A stretch of DNA of 63,864 bases, filler included, from Octopus bimaculoides (Eukaryota), in NCBI RefSeq assembly GCF_001194135.2. It is 5 parts of 5 records of this genome, joined end to end, with 100 filler letters (N's around TTAATTAATTAA, not from the genome) between each part and the next. Parts side by side here need not be neighbours in the genome. Positions count along the whole stretch, not along the records: positions 12,530 to 39,516 come from NC_068990.1; 4 more parts are not named here. One strand, 5' to 3'. The notes beneath the pieces are model-generated. The model searched no databases. It saw only the letters and a list, made by a program, of their open reading frames with translations, and was not told the DNA's origin. A program made the position numbers and the translations under genes. Positions 24,103 to 37,516 of the stretch are shown here, piece after piece (the first letter of the stretch is position 1; each line of letters starts with the position of its first letter).

Positions 24103-25984
24103 ACACGCACACACACACATACACACACGTGTGTATATACATATATATACACAGAAATATGCATACATACANNNNNNNNNNNNNNNNNNNNNNNNNNNNN
24201 NNNNNNNNNNNNNNNNNNNNNNNNNNNNNNNNNNNNNNNNNNNNNNNNNNNNNNNNNNNNNNNNNNNNNNNNNNNNNNNNNNNNNNNNNNNNNNNNNNNN
24301 NNATATATATATATATAAAGAGTTAATGTCTGAAGACATAACGTAATACATATGTACTATAATTGCTCAGTTAGGTTTACCAGGAAAACTCCGGTAAAGG
24401 TACTGTTGAAGCTGCCTATCAAAAATGGCTAGAAGTGGTGCATCCTTGAGAGGGTAGATATATATATATTAAAATGGAAAATGAGCAAGTAAAACATACA
24501 CTATCACTTCAGAGCCTTTAATTTATAATTCATTATATAAACCTAGTGCTGGCTAGTTTTAGTAAATAGTTAAAGTTCCTTACAGCTGTTTTTAGAATAG
24601 CTACATATGTGGGTCTTATTATTCAGTACAAATTTCTGTCTGCTAAGTATTCTGTCATCAAAGAGAGAGAGAGAGGGGGTGTGAGAGAGCGAGAGAGAGA
24701 GGGGGTGAGAGAGAGAGAGAGATAAGGAATAAATAGCTAAATATATATGTCTTATGTTATGTGTATGCATGTAAGCATCTATGTGTATATGAGGATGAGG
24801 TTGCGCACATATATACATATATATATACACACATGTGTGCTTGTGTGTGTTTGTGGATATGTGCGTATGTATAAGTATATACATACATACATATATGTTT
24901 GTGTGTGTGTGTTCATGTACGTATACATGCTTGTGTATTTTGTATGTATGTAGATGTTGTGAACACAGGAGGTTTATGTGTATGTATTGTGAGAATATGG
25001 CTGGGTGTATATTTTTATATATATATTTTATATATTCTTTATAATATTNNNNNNNNNNNNNNNNNNNNNNNNNNNNNNNNNNNNNNNNNNNNNNNNNNNN
25101 NNNNNNNNNNNNNNNNNNNNNNNNNNNNNNNNNNNNNNNNNNNNNNNNNNNNNNNNNNNNNNNNNNNNNNNNNNNNNNNNNNNNNNNNNNNNNNNNNNNN
25201 NNNNNNNNNNNNNNNNNNNNNNNNNNNNNNNNNNNNNNNNNNNNNNNNNNNNNNNNNNNNNNNNNNNNNNNNNNNNNNNNNNNNNNNNNNNNNNNNNNNN
25301 NNNNNNNNNNNNNNNNNNNNNNNNNNNNNNNNNNNNNNNNNNNNNNNNNNNNNNNNNNNNNNNNNNNNNNNNNNNNNNNNNNNNNNNNNNNNNNNNNNNN
25401 NNNNNNNNNNNNNNNNNNNNNNNNNNNNNNNNNNNNNNNNNNNNNNNNNNNNNNNNNNNNNNNNNNNNNNNNNNNNNNNNNNNNNNNNNNNNNNNNNNNN
25501 NNNNNNNNNNNNNNNNNNNNNNNNNNNNNNNNNNNNNNNNNNNNNNNNNNNATATATATATATATATATATACATGTTGTGATGATGTAATGATGTGGCA
25601 AAGTGCTGAAAAACCAAGCAAGCCTTTGTGACTGTAGATATATAGTGGAATGGAAGAAAACGAATGACTGACTGAATGAATAAATAAATAAACAAATAAA
25701 TAAACAAACAAATAAATAAAAAAATAAACAAATGGAAGGTTATGACCACTAATTTCATGAAGTTATTTCATTCATTTTTTTTGTTTTTAAAATCATATTA
25801 TTTGATTCATAGTTTTAAGAAGAAATATCTGAAAGTAGATCATGAATAAAACACTATTGCATGATAATCTTTTTAAGAGAATCTCACCTATCTTCTAAGG
25901 AAATTGTCACCATTCATAAAGCTATCATAAGGAACCGGAGACTAAATACTAACCACAATGTTATTATTAATATTCTGAATATAA

Positions 25985-26165
25985 ATGTGGTGAGCTGACA
26001 GAAACGTTGGCACACCGGGTGAAATGCTTAGCGGTATTTTGTCTGTCTTTACATTCAAATTCTGGCGAGGTCGACTTTGCCTTTCATCATTTTGGGGTTG
26101 ATAAATTAAGTACCAGTTGTGTACTGGAGTCGATCTAAGCGACTGTCTTACCCTGCTCCCTAAAG
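25985..26165 (+). mobile_element. tRNA-derived SINE, family A
   Basis: GGTGAGCTGACAGAAACGTT...GAGGTCGACTTTGCCTTTCATC...TAAGTACCAGTTG. Confidence 0.8.
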
Positions 26166-27169
26166 ATTTCAGGTTTTGCACCTAGTGTAGAAGTGAATAT
26201 TCTGAATATAAAAGAAATGAGAAAAATAGGAAGAAATCAAAATATAATTTAAGTAAGAAACCAATTTTAATTACCTAATAAAATACTATTGCAAATGCAG
26301 TAAAATAAAATAGAATACTATACTGCACTTTGAGAAGCATTGATCCATTTTAAATGCAGTAAAGTTCTTTTTCCTTTTAACCTCAATTAATTAATGGTTT
26401 CAAATTCTGACACAGGGCTAGCTGTTTTTGAGGGGAGTGGGTCAGTCAATTACATTGACCCCACTACTTCACTGGTATATATTTTATCGACTCTGAAAAG
26501 ATAAAAGGCAGAGTTAACCTTGGTGGAATTTGAGATCAATATGTAAAGATGAATGAACTATCACTCACCATTTTGTCCAACATGCTAACAGTTCTTCTCA
26601 TTCACTGCTTTAATGAAAATTGATTAATAAACAGAAATTAGCAGAAATTCTCTTGACCCTGATAACAACACATTTTCTTTCTAGGTGCTGGTTGCTTGAG
26701 AGTTCTTGTTATTTGAGTACCAAATAAGAGTAAGTTTACTGTACATTGAGTTGTTTGGTTTACTGCATACATTTTCCTGCTTATTCAGAGGGAGAAGAGA
26801 TGCAACTGGAATCCTTTATTCTTTCAAGACCACCAAGACTGGTAAAAGGAAGAAATGAAGGCATCCTCAAGCCAGGAAGCTTACCTGAATGCTTGCAACA
26901 AAGGCATTTAAAGACAAGTGATGTTGAACAGGGCATCAGTTTAAGACTACTACCACACCATAGATCTACTCAATAAATGCTGAATTGAGGGCTGTCTTCA
27001 CTCTTTCCGATAAGCGACAGAATAAAAGGCTACCATTGGTCCCTTCAAACTTTGCTTTTGTAATCTGGATGTCAATGTTTTGAAACTGACCTGTTTTCCA
27101 TTACATTTCAGACAGATTCAGTACTGAGTTGTTGAAGCAGAAATATTATTATAGCAAATATTCTGCTCA

Positions 27170-27310
27170 ATACCACAGATTTGCTTGTCACCTGCTTGAC
27201 CTTAACCACTCTTAGTGGCTGACAATATGTGCATCTCTGATCCTGAGCAGGAGTAGTGGAGGAGCATGAAAACCATGTATTCAGAAGCATTCTTTGGAGT
27301 TTGAATAAAT
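27170..27310 (+). mobile_element. Probable retroposon 3' tail fragment
   Basis: TTGACCTTAACC...AGTGGCTGAC.ATATGTGCATCTCTGATC recalled as a common octopus repeat tail; not confirmed within this window. Confidence 0.4.
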
Positions 27311-27888
27311 GTAATGAAATCAAAGTTTGAAAGAAATATCAGCCATTCTTTTTACTTTCTGGGGAAGCAAACAGGAAATAATAGTTGTTATCCAAAGATA
27401 AAATTGTGTTACAGAGTGTATAATAAGAGCCATTACATTCAGCTGATGAGGGAAGCCCAAGCCATTGAGATCCTTTAAGTAAATGGTTCTTAAATAGTGT
27501 CACAAGGAGTAACTTGGTAAGTTGTCGATTTAAAAAAATATAATTTACGACTTTACAAAAAAATCCATGCTAACGATTCAGCATTATTGTCATCTGTCAG
27601 AAGATTCTGATCCCGATCTTGATCCTGATCATGGTCTCACCATCATTGTTTTAACATCCACTTTCTCAAGATTGCATGGGTCAGACAGAATTTGATGAGG
27701 GAGATTTTCTACAGACAGAGATTTGTACAGACAGATACATTTCCTGTTACCAATGTTCAATTATTTCCAAGCAAAACAGTAGTACCCCATGAGCAGACAT
27801 GTTATCACTGAAGAACAGAAATGAATGACACTACTTTTATAACAATGACACTCATTTACAACTATCACATGATGCTAAGAAAAGGAAG

Positions 27889-27941
<53 letters not shown>

Positions 27942-28559
27942 CAGATTTTCAGTTTCCATCTACCATATCCACTTACAAGCCTTCAGTTGGCTCAGGGCTA
28001 GATACCACACACAAAAAAAAAAAAAGATTTGCCCAAGGTGAAATGCAGTGAGATTGAATCCAAAAACCACTTTGTTTAGGAAGTGGATTTTGTTTTAGGA
28101 AAAAAACGTTCTGCTTATGATTTTATTATATACAAGTATGATTAATAAAATAAGCAACAATATCAAAACATTTCACATGGAACGTACAAAATAAAGATAT
28201 ATTAGAATTATTAGAAAAACTATACAAAAAAATCCCCCATTGCTGATTTTGGTTTCATAAAATATTTGTGTGTAATAATATTATGTATTGCATGCTGTGC
28301 ATGACGCTCAGGCATTATAGTGGATTTTCTAAAGCCTTAAATTATATTTCTTAAAAATTCACTGCTTTCAATATACAACAATCTTCTTCATGATTTGTTT
28401 TCCAACTTACTCTCTTTCTCATAACTCTTTTCACTACTTCCGTCACTATACCACCACCACCACCAATACATGAAGTAAATGGATCACACTTTGGCTTTAC
28501 AATGAATATTCTATTTGTACTGTGATACAATGAATATATAGCTCCATTGATTGAATAAG

Positions 28560-28797
28560 CAGAGGATAGCAGATGAGCAGTAGACTGGCTGCAGATGGTC
28601 AATAGATGAGCAGTAGATTAGCAGTAGATAAAGAGTAGGCAGGCAGTTGATGAGCAGCAGATTAGCAATAGATAGACAGTAGACAGGCAATAGATGGGCA
28701 ATAGATGGGCAGTAGATGAACAATAAATTGGTAGTAGATTGGCAGTAGATAAGCAGTAGACAAGCAGTAAATTGGCAATAGATGGGCAGTAGATTAC
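28560..28797. repeat. 11-bp minisatellite, consensus about GCAGTAGATRR
   Basis: About 20 diverged tandem units abutting a decayed family-A SINE (28800-28890). Confidence 0.85.
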
Positions 28798-29142
28798 CTT
28801 GCAATATTTTTCTTGCTCTTTGTTCTGAGTTTCTGCGAAGGTCAATCTTGCCTTTTTCATCTCTCATGGGTTGATAAAATAAAAGTATCAGTCAAATGAT
28901 GAGGTTCATAGAATTGATTTTCTTCTCTCTCAGATTCCAGACCTTGTGTCTATGTAAGAAACCATTATATAGTAAGTGGTTTGCTATAAAAAAAAAGCAA
29001 ACTAAAACAACTTGTACCCTTATTGCAACTCTCAGTCAGACTCACTGTGTTTTTGGGTGTAACAAATATGGCCCTTTGTATTACTAGTACAGTGCATCTG
29101 ATGAGCTCTCGCATAATTTCAGTTTACTTGACTGCACTCAGA

Positions 29143-29450
29143 AAGTGCGTGGTCTAGTGGTAAAGGTGTTGCACTCACAATCGGAAGATTGTGGTTTTGA
29201 TTCCTGAACAAGGTGGTGCATTGTATTTTTAAGTAAAACACTCTGATTCATATTTTACAGACATTTGACACTTCCAAAGTTTGTTTACGTAATGTTGTCA
29301 CGCTCCATTTCATGTTGCTCCAGCCCACTCATCTGTGAATGAGTAACCCTGCGATGGACTGGCGTCTCGTTCTGGAGAAATGATGAGACCTCGGTTATCT
29401 ATACAACATGGAAACTTGGGTAAGTGGCCCTATGAGTTCTAGGACTTGAG
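29143..29450 (+). mobile_element. tRNA-derived SINE, family E
   Basis: Head GTGGTCTAGTGGTAAAGGTG...GATTCCTG and ACCCTGCGATGGACTGGCGTC motif; relatives on the minus strand at 32465-32700 and 57030-57120. Confidence 0.7.
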
Positions 29451-29468
29451 ACAGTAATGTCCATGGGT

Positions 29469-29499
<31 letters not shown>

Positions 29500-31419
29500 G
29501 GTGGTGGTGGGGTAATGATGATGATAGCTGCATTCACAAGACTTGAGGTTATGGCAGTAAATACATACCGAAAGTATTGTGCTTGTTATATTAAAACCCT
29601 GTACCTTATAACCTCATTACTGCAAAATAAACTTCTTGATAATTTCACCATACTTTCACCAAGGCACCATCCCCCACATGCACCATCACCACCNNNNNNN
29701 NNNNNNNNNNNNNNNNNNNNNNNNNNNNNNNNNNNNNNNNNNNNNNNNNNNNNNNNNNNNNNNNNNNNNNNNNNNNNNNNNNNNNNNNNNNNNNNNNNNN
29801 NNNNNNNNNNNNNNNNNNNNNNNNNNNNNNNNNNNNNNNNNNNNNNNNNNNNNNNNNNNNNNNNNNNNNNNNNNNNNNNNNNNNNNNNNNNNNNNNNNNN
29901 NNNNNNNNNNNNNNNNNNNNNNNNNNNNNNNNNNNNNNNNNNNNNNNNNNATATATATATATATAAAAGAAAAAAAAATAATATCTAGGTATTAACAATC
30001 GATTTTATTTTTCCTTTACAATAAGAGGATAAATTGATAATTTGTGTCTCCAGTTGATAAATATTGTTTTTCCAATTAATATTGTCTGGATAATTAAAGT
30101 GAAATGTTTAAGTCATTATAGTTTTGATTTTCATTTATTTAATCATTATATTTATTTATTTATCTATTTTCTATTCAACACTCTCTCCTGTCCTGGCTTC
30201 TCATTCCTCTGCCATTTCTCTCTGTCCATCTCTCTCAATCTCTCCCTGTCTATCTTCGCCTCTACCTCTCTCTCTCTCTCTCTTGTTCTCTCTCTGACAT
30301 GGTTTAATGCTATACTTCTCCACCCCTCTATAGTTTTTTTTTCCTTTTTATTTTCAACCCTGATTTATTCCTCTGTGACTTGACCACATTTTGAACTCGG
30401 TTCAAATCAATGGGTTGCAATATGAGCTATTAAATTGATAATTAATAATTTCACTTTAGCAAAATAACCAAACACCTTCCAATATGTTGTTTATAATTCA
30501 ATTTGATTCAATCTTTTAATTTGTTCTGTCTCAGAAAAAAGGACATAAATTAGTTGTTCTGTTTCCAATTACACACACTTCCATATAGAAACCTCTTCAA
30601 CTAGACTCACTTTCTTTCCTTTTTACTCTCTCCATCTCACCAAACATCAACAACAACAGCAACAACAAGAACAGTAATACTTTTAAAAAACGTAAACTGA
30701 ATATAATAAAATAAAATAAACGAGTAAAAAAAACATACAATGGAAAATAAAAAAAAACAACAATAACCAAAAAGTAAACAAACCGACAAAACAAACAAAC
30801 ATACACACAAACACACACACAAACACGAAAAACAAAAACAAAACCAAAAAACATTGATAATATTGTTTTATCCACAAACTCGAAAATTTAGTTTTATTCA
30901 AGTATATTTAATTAATTTTCTTCTCCGATATTAAGAAATTATATTTAAATTGATCTAGTTTTCAAAATGATCTCTTTCACGATTTATTGAACCTACTTAC
31001 TATTTTATTATCTTTTTTTATTTGTTTATTAACTTTTTTTTTATTTTGCTCACATGTCCCTCTAAAAGAATTGCTCTGAGGAATTGGTCAACCAGTAATA
31101 TTCTCATTACCATACATGTCAACATGAATATAAGGATCATCTTATATATGTCATTTTTGTTTTTCTTATTAACAAATGAAGTTTGCCAAAAGTTCAGGTA
31201 CATAGATATATGTAGGAAACTGATTCAGGCATGGTTTTTTTTTTTTGGTAAAAGCTTTGACAAAGCAGGGAAAGATTGTGCCCCATGGTCTTTTTTAAGA
31301 GACATCGAAACCAAGACTAGTGCCATAGGGAGAGGATGAAGAATAGAAGTTATCTAACACCTTACCTGAAGATTTGCAATTAAGCTACCTCCACAAAAGA
31401 CAGCCATGTTATTTATACT

Positions 31420-31747
31420 AGGTAAATGATGATGATGATGATGACGGTGGTAGTGGTGGTGGTGATTATGATGGTGATGATGATGATGATGATGATGATG
31501 ATGACAATGATGATACCAATGATTACATGATAATGATCATGGTCATTGTCATTGTGTTGATGTTGAAGGTGATGACAATGATAATACCATGAGAAGTTGG
31601 TGATGATGATGATGATGATGAATATGGTGGTGGTGGTGGTGATGGTGATGATGATGACAGTGATGATACCAATGATTATATGATAATGATCATGATCATC
31701 ATACTGTTGTTGAAAGCGATGATAATGGTAATACCAACGAGTACATA

Positions 31748-31779
<32 letters not shown>

Positions 31780-31830
31780 GGTGGTAATGATGATGAGGAT
31801 GCTTATGATGATGATGATGACCTTCCATGA
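31420..31830. repeat. Compound (GAT/GGT)n microsatellite with a ~155-bp tandem duplication
   Basis: GATGATACCAATGATTA.ATGATAATGATCATG block occurs at ~31510 and ~31662. Confidence 0.75.
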
Positions 31831-31960
31831 TCTTCTAAGCATGTATCATACACAAATGGATTAATATCTTTGTGTTAAGTCATTGCTTTCAAGACTCCAG
31901 AATTTATAGAGTTGGCACTCAAACTCAGTTTCTATCATTTTATGTGGAATTAAATCACTG

Positions 31961-32005
<45 letters not shown>

Positions 32006-32204
32006 CCACCACCACCGACACCACCAACACCACCACCACCACCACTACTTTTTTTTTATCACTCATTCTGGTTATGAAAATGGACAGTCAGTGATAGCAT
32101 TTCTCACAGGGAGAACTAAAACTCACAAATACAACCAAATTAGGACTGTCTGCAGTTGTGTATCACATGACTTACAGAACCTGTTTAGTGCCAGACATTC
32201 TGGC

Positions 32205-33320
32205 CTCTGAAAACTAAGAGCACTTGGTTCTGGATTCAGTCCCACTGCATGGCACTATGGGCAAGTGTCATAAACTATAGCCTTAGATTGACCAACACCT
32301 TGTGAGCAGATTTGATAGACGGAAACTGAGAGAAGCCTATCATATATGTGTGTGTCTCCGTTTGTCCCCCACCATCCCTTGACAACAGGTATTGGTGTGT
32401 TTATGTCCTGATAAATTAGTGGCTCGGCAAAAGAGTCTGATAGGATAAATTTATTTTTTTGGCACCCATTTAAAGCCTAGCCAGGCTCATGGGCCCGGTT
32501 TCCCAGTTTCAATGGCATATGTATTCCCCAGCTGCACGGGACGCCAGTTCATCACAGCGTTACTCATGTTTGCCAGCTGAGTGGACTGGAGTAACGTGAA
32601 AGGAAGTGTTTTGCTCAAGAACATAACGCATCACCTGGTCCAGGAATCGAAACCAAAATCTTACGATCATGATGCTGACACCCTAACCACTAAGCCACTA
32701 AGTACCAGGCTTAAAATGAAAATAAGTATGGGAGTCAATTCATTTGACTATCATTCTTGAAGGTGGTGACCCAGCATGGCTGCAGTATTATGACTTAGTG
32801 ACTTAGTGGCTCGCGATTGTAGGGTTATGAGTTCGATTCCCAGCGGTGCATTGTATCCTTGAGCAAGACACTTTATTTCACGTTGCTCTAGTTCACTCAG
32901 CTGGCAAAAATGAGTAGTACCTGTATTTCAAGGGGCCAGCCTTGTAACACTCTGTATCATGCTGAATCTCCATGAGAACTATATGAAGGGGTATGTGTGT
33001 CTGTAGAATGCTCAGTCCCTTGAATGTTAATCTAACAAGCAAGCTGTTCCATTGATCGGATCAACCGGAACACTTGTCGTCGTAAGCGACAGAGTGCCAG
33101 TCTTCTTTTTCTAACCAAATATAGAACCATCCAAATGTAGTCAATGCCAGTGCCCCCTGACTGGCTCCCATGCTGGTGGCATGTAAAAAGCACCCACTAC
33201 ACTCTTGGAATGGTTGGTGTTAGGAAAGGCATCGAAACCTTGCCAGATCAGATTGGTGCCTGGTGCACCTACTGGCTTGCCAGTCCTAAATCAAACCGTC
33301 CAACCCATGCTAACAAGGAA
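32205..33320. mobile_element. Nested SINE cluster (B interrupted by E, then C, then an RTE-like tail)
   Basis: The family-B sequence breaks at GATAGGATAA (~32450) and resumes at TAAGTACC (~32699), with an antisense family-E copy in between. Confidence 0.75.
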
Positions 33321-33325
33321 AGCAG

Positions 33326-33379
<54 letters not shown>

Positions 33380-33508
33380 GAGAGAGAGAGAGACAAAACT
33401 AATATAAACAGCAGTTTGCAATGTTTCACTAAAATGGAGAATTATGTTTGTCACTAAGCATTAGAGCACTTTAGATCTTATTTCTAGGTATTTCTTAACA
33501 CCCTAGTC

Positions 33509-33541
<33 letters not shown>

Positions 33542-33752
33542 CAAGAGACGGATTGTGGTTCACTGCAGCTGTTTCAAACATGTTTTTTATTCATGAACAG
33601 AAGTGTTTTATCATGCAAAAAATAAACAAAAAAAATTTCAACAGGTGAATACAGTAAGAATCAAGCATTTTGAATATCTCAATAATAAGTACATAGTGCC
33701 ATCTGACTCTACTGATCCAAATCTGGTCAGAGAATATATACATACATATATA

Positions 33753-33826
33753 CAGGGTATCCCAAAAAATTTGACATCATTTGAGATTAAATGATGAAAT
33801 GAGGTCAAATTATTTGGGACACCCTG
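33753..33826. mobile_element. 74-bp Tc1/mariner-type MITE
   Basis: TA|CAGGGTATCCCAAAAAATTTGACATCATTT ... AAATGAGGTCAAATTATTTGGGACACCCTG|TA. Confidence 0.85.
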
Positions 33827-33934
33827 TATATAGTCAATGCGAAAATTAAAAATAACAAATAACAAAACAACAAAACTCAAACGGATGTACACATAGAATG
33901 TATTAACATATGTATGTGTGTGTGTATATGTATA

Positions 33935-34345
33935 TGTGGCTGTGTGGTAAGAAGCTTGCTTCCCAACCACATTGTTCTGGGTTCAGTCAGATTGCATGGC
34001 ACCTTGGGCAAATGTGTTCTACTATAGCTTCAGGCCAACCAAAGCCTTGTGAGTGGATTTGGTAGACAGAAACTGAAAGAAGCCCATCGTATATGTATAT
34101 GTGTGTGTGTGTGTGTGCGTGCGTGTGTGTATGTATGTATTTGTGTGTCTGTGTTTGTCCCTCCACCATCACTTGACAACCGATATTGGTGTGTTTAAGT
34201 TTCCGTAACTTAGTGGTTTGGCAAAAGAAACTGATAGAATAAGTACTAGGGTTGCAAAGAATAAGTCTCGGGGTCAATTTGTTCAACTAAACGCAGTGCT
34301 CCAGCATGGCTGCAGTCAAATAACTGAAACAAGAAAAAAGAATAA
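33935..34345 (+). mobile_element. tRNA-derived SINE, family B, near full length
   Basis: Colinear with 11021-11420, including the central (TG)n. Confidence 0.85.
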
Positions 34346-34360
34346 AAGAATATATGTATA

Positions 34361-34422
<62 letters not shown>

Positions 34423-35290
34423 TATTTATACGTATGTATGCATGTGAATGGCATGTATGTACACAAAAAGAGGAATCAATCAGGATTCTCTTTCTCACAG
34501 ACTACAATTACAATGGTCCTGAGGCCACAAGACCAGATCTATTTAAATTAATCTTTAAACTAATGATTTAATCTTCTCATCTTCTAAAACATGGTTTGCT
34601 GTTCACTAATTTGTTTCTAAGTTAAGAAAACGAGCGAAATTACCGTAATCTAATGAAAACGTACATCACTGTTTAGACAAGTTTCTTCCCCTCTCACTCC
34701 CCTTCTTTCTCCTCCTATCCCTCTCACTCTCTCTCTTTATCAGCATGCATCCATTTCCCTCCCTCCTGCCCTGACGCTACTGCATTATCTCCACCAACCC
34801 TACCCTGACCATCTTGTCACTCAGCTAACTCCACACACCACCTTTACATACAGGCTTTTGTTTCTTCAGTTTCTTCATATTCTTCATGTCTGGCCAAAAG
34901 GCATTTTGTCCAGTAACTTTCTCACATTCTTTCTGCCTTTCTCTCTCCATATATATTAATATACATATATGTATATACATGTATGAGATATATATATATA
35001 TTCACATATATATATATATATATATATATGTCTAAATATATATATAAAATCATATATAACTCTGTCACTCCTCTTCCCACCCTCTCTCCCCTCTCCTCCT
35101 CTCTTTCTTCCTCTCCCTCTTATTGTCCCCTTTTCCTCTCTCTTCTCCCTCTCTCTACACTCAGTCTCTATCTCACATGCTCACACACATTTCTACTGCT
35201 CTTTAATTTCTTGAATTCCAGCCCAGATACATTTCGTTCTGCTGTTATCTCTTTCTCTTTTTTTGTAATATCTCTCTAATTTACTCATAC

Positions 35291-35323
<33 letters not shown>

Positions 35324-36226
35324 TGCACATATGCAAGCACACAGACATACACATGTACATAAAACACACACACATACACACACACAAACACACAAGTACA
35401 CAAATAAAAACACAACCACACATACATACATACATTCATTTACTTTGTCTCTCTTCCTCTGTCTCTCAACCTTTCGATCTTTATCCTTCCTTTCCAGATT
35501 TACTCACTCATCCTCATCCTCCTCCACCCCTCTCTCGCTCTCATGCTTTCCCCCTTTCCATTCCAGATTCATTCCCTCACTCATCTGCTCCCCAATCTCT
35601 GGGGCAATATTCCAAAACCAATCAAGAATTGAATTTATCCTGAAACAGCATAGAGTAGAGATCACAAAGACGAAATTAAGTAAAAATCATTGAAATTCTT
35701 GACGTCACATGGGATAATTTACCTGTTTGGGCAATATTCCATATGCAGTTACAGCTGTCTAATCATCAACAGAAATGCAAAGTGTCAGACACCAATAGAA
35801 TCCCCTTCCTTACCAAATTCCTTTTCTAACAAACATTTATGTATGATGCAGAGACAGACATATGCAAAGGCATGTAAACATTGTAAGCGTGTAAGTTCGT
35901 TAAATGTTGCAACTATATATATNNNNNNNNNNNNNNNNNNNNNNNNNNNNNNNNNNNNNNNNNNNNNNNNNNNNNNNNNNNNNNNNNNNNNNNNNNNNNN
36001 NNNNNNNNNNNNNNNNNNNNNNNNNNNNNNNNNNNNNNNNNNNNNNNNNNNNNNNNNNNNNNNNNNNNNNNNNNNNNNNNNNNNNNNNNNNNNNNNNNNN
36101 NNNNNNNNNNNNNNNNNNNNNNNNNNNNNNNNNNNNNNNNNNNNNNNNNNNNNNNNNNNNNNNNNNNNNNNNNNNNNNNNNNNNNNNNNNNNNNNNNNNN
36201 NNNNNNNNNNNNNNNNNNNNNNGCGT

Positions 36227-36263
<37 letters not shown>

Positions 36264-37479
36264 GTATGTGGGTTGAGATGTACATACAATTAACTATATA
36301 TCTGTCTAGTTAGATGTATGTATGAGTACATGCAAAGATGTACATGTCTTTCTGTCTGTGTATATACATATACGATGTAAATGTGTGTTTCTTTGAGCAT
36401 TTTACATGCAAAATTAAAGTGATTCATTCATGAGCTTGCGTATATGCATGTAAGTGTATGTCTATATGTTGTGCATTCGTGCATGTCTACAAGGATATGT
36501 ATGTTGTGTATGAGTGTGTAGTGTAATGTGTTTGTATATATGCATGTATATATACACACACTTATACATATGTATATATTTATAATTTGACTAATGTTCA
36601 ATTTGCAAAAGGGAATTGGTGTTTTGCCTTGTTTGACTACCCACGAAATATCATCTCAACAAGTAGGAAGTTTCTCTAAGTGTATAACATGTTAGACAGG
36701 CAGCATCCGCCAGAAGACAAGCCTATGTAATTACACTTTCTCTCAAACAATGAGCCCTAAATTTACAACCACTTAATTCATGCCATCCATCTCCCACTCC
36801 CTCTGACCCTACCTACTTGCATCCCCTATCTATCTCTGTTTCCTTCTCACTCACCCCAACACACACACACACAGACACATACACACAGACATACACACAC
36901 ACTCACAGAAACACACACACACACATTGCATACATTCTCCCTCTCTTCACCTTCATAAATTTCTTCTCTCTCTTTTTTTTATTATTACCTATTTAAACTT
37001 CTGTGAAGATTTCTAGGAGATACATAAGAAACAACTTGTTCAGCAGTTTAAGCACTTATTTCTGTAAACTCTTACAAAACTTTACTTGCTATCTGCCTGT
37101 CTCACTGTCTCTTTCTCTTTCTCTCTCTCTGACTGTATTCCAATGTTTTCCTTCTTGTTTTTTTTTCTTCTTTTTTGATGGTATTATTACAATTCTATAT
37201 GGCTTAATTAAAATAAAAATGATTACAGCCTGAAAGACACACGTTAGCCATTCAAAAACAAATCTTATGCAGTGTAGCCTTGTCAGCGATCAGGCTCCAG
37301 TTTTGCGTGATGAAAATTCTGACACCATATAACAAATAATAAATGTTTAAGTGAAGTTAACAGTCATTGTGTGTTTTTGAATAGCTAACATGTTTTTCCA
37401 TATTGCAGTCGTTTTAGTTTAAACACACAATATCGGATCAAATCACTTGCCAGGCAGGTACATCCCTTCAGCATAAATA

Positions 37480-37516
<37 letters not shown>

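Noticed and set aside
26746-26976. 76-aa plus ORF with a possible acceptor at ~26790
   Set aside because: No recognisable domain, weak donor, no partner exon.
28511-28867. Minus ORF MRDEKGKIDL... with an apparent AG|GTAAT donor
   Set aside because: Explained by a decayed family-A SINE plus the 11-bp minisatellite.
35700-35707. TGACGTCA CRE site
   Set aside because: A single 8-mer is expected by chance in 64 kb and there is no supporting context.
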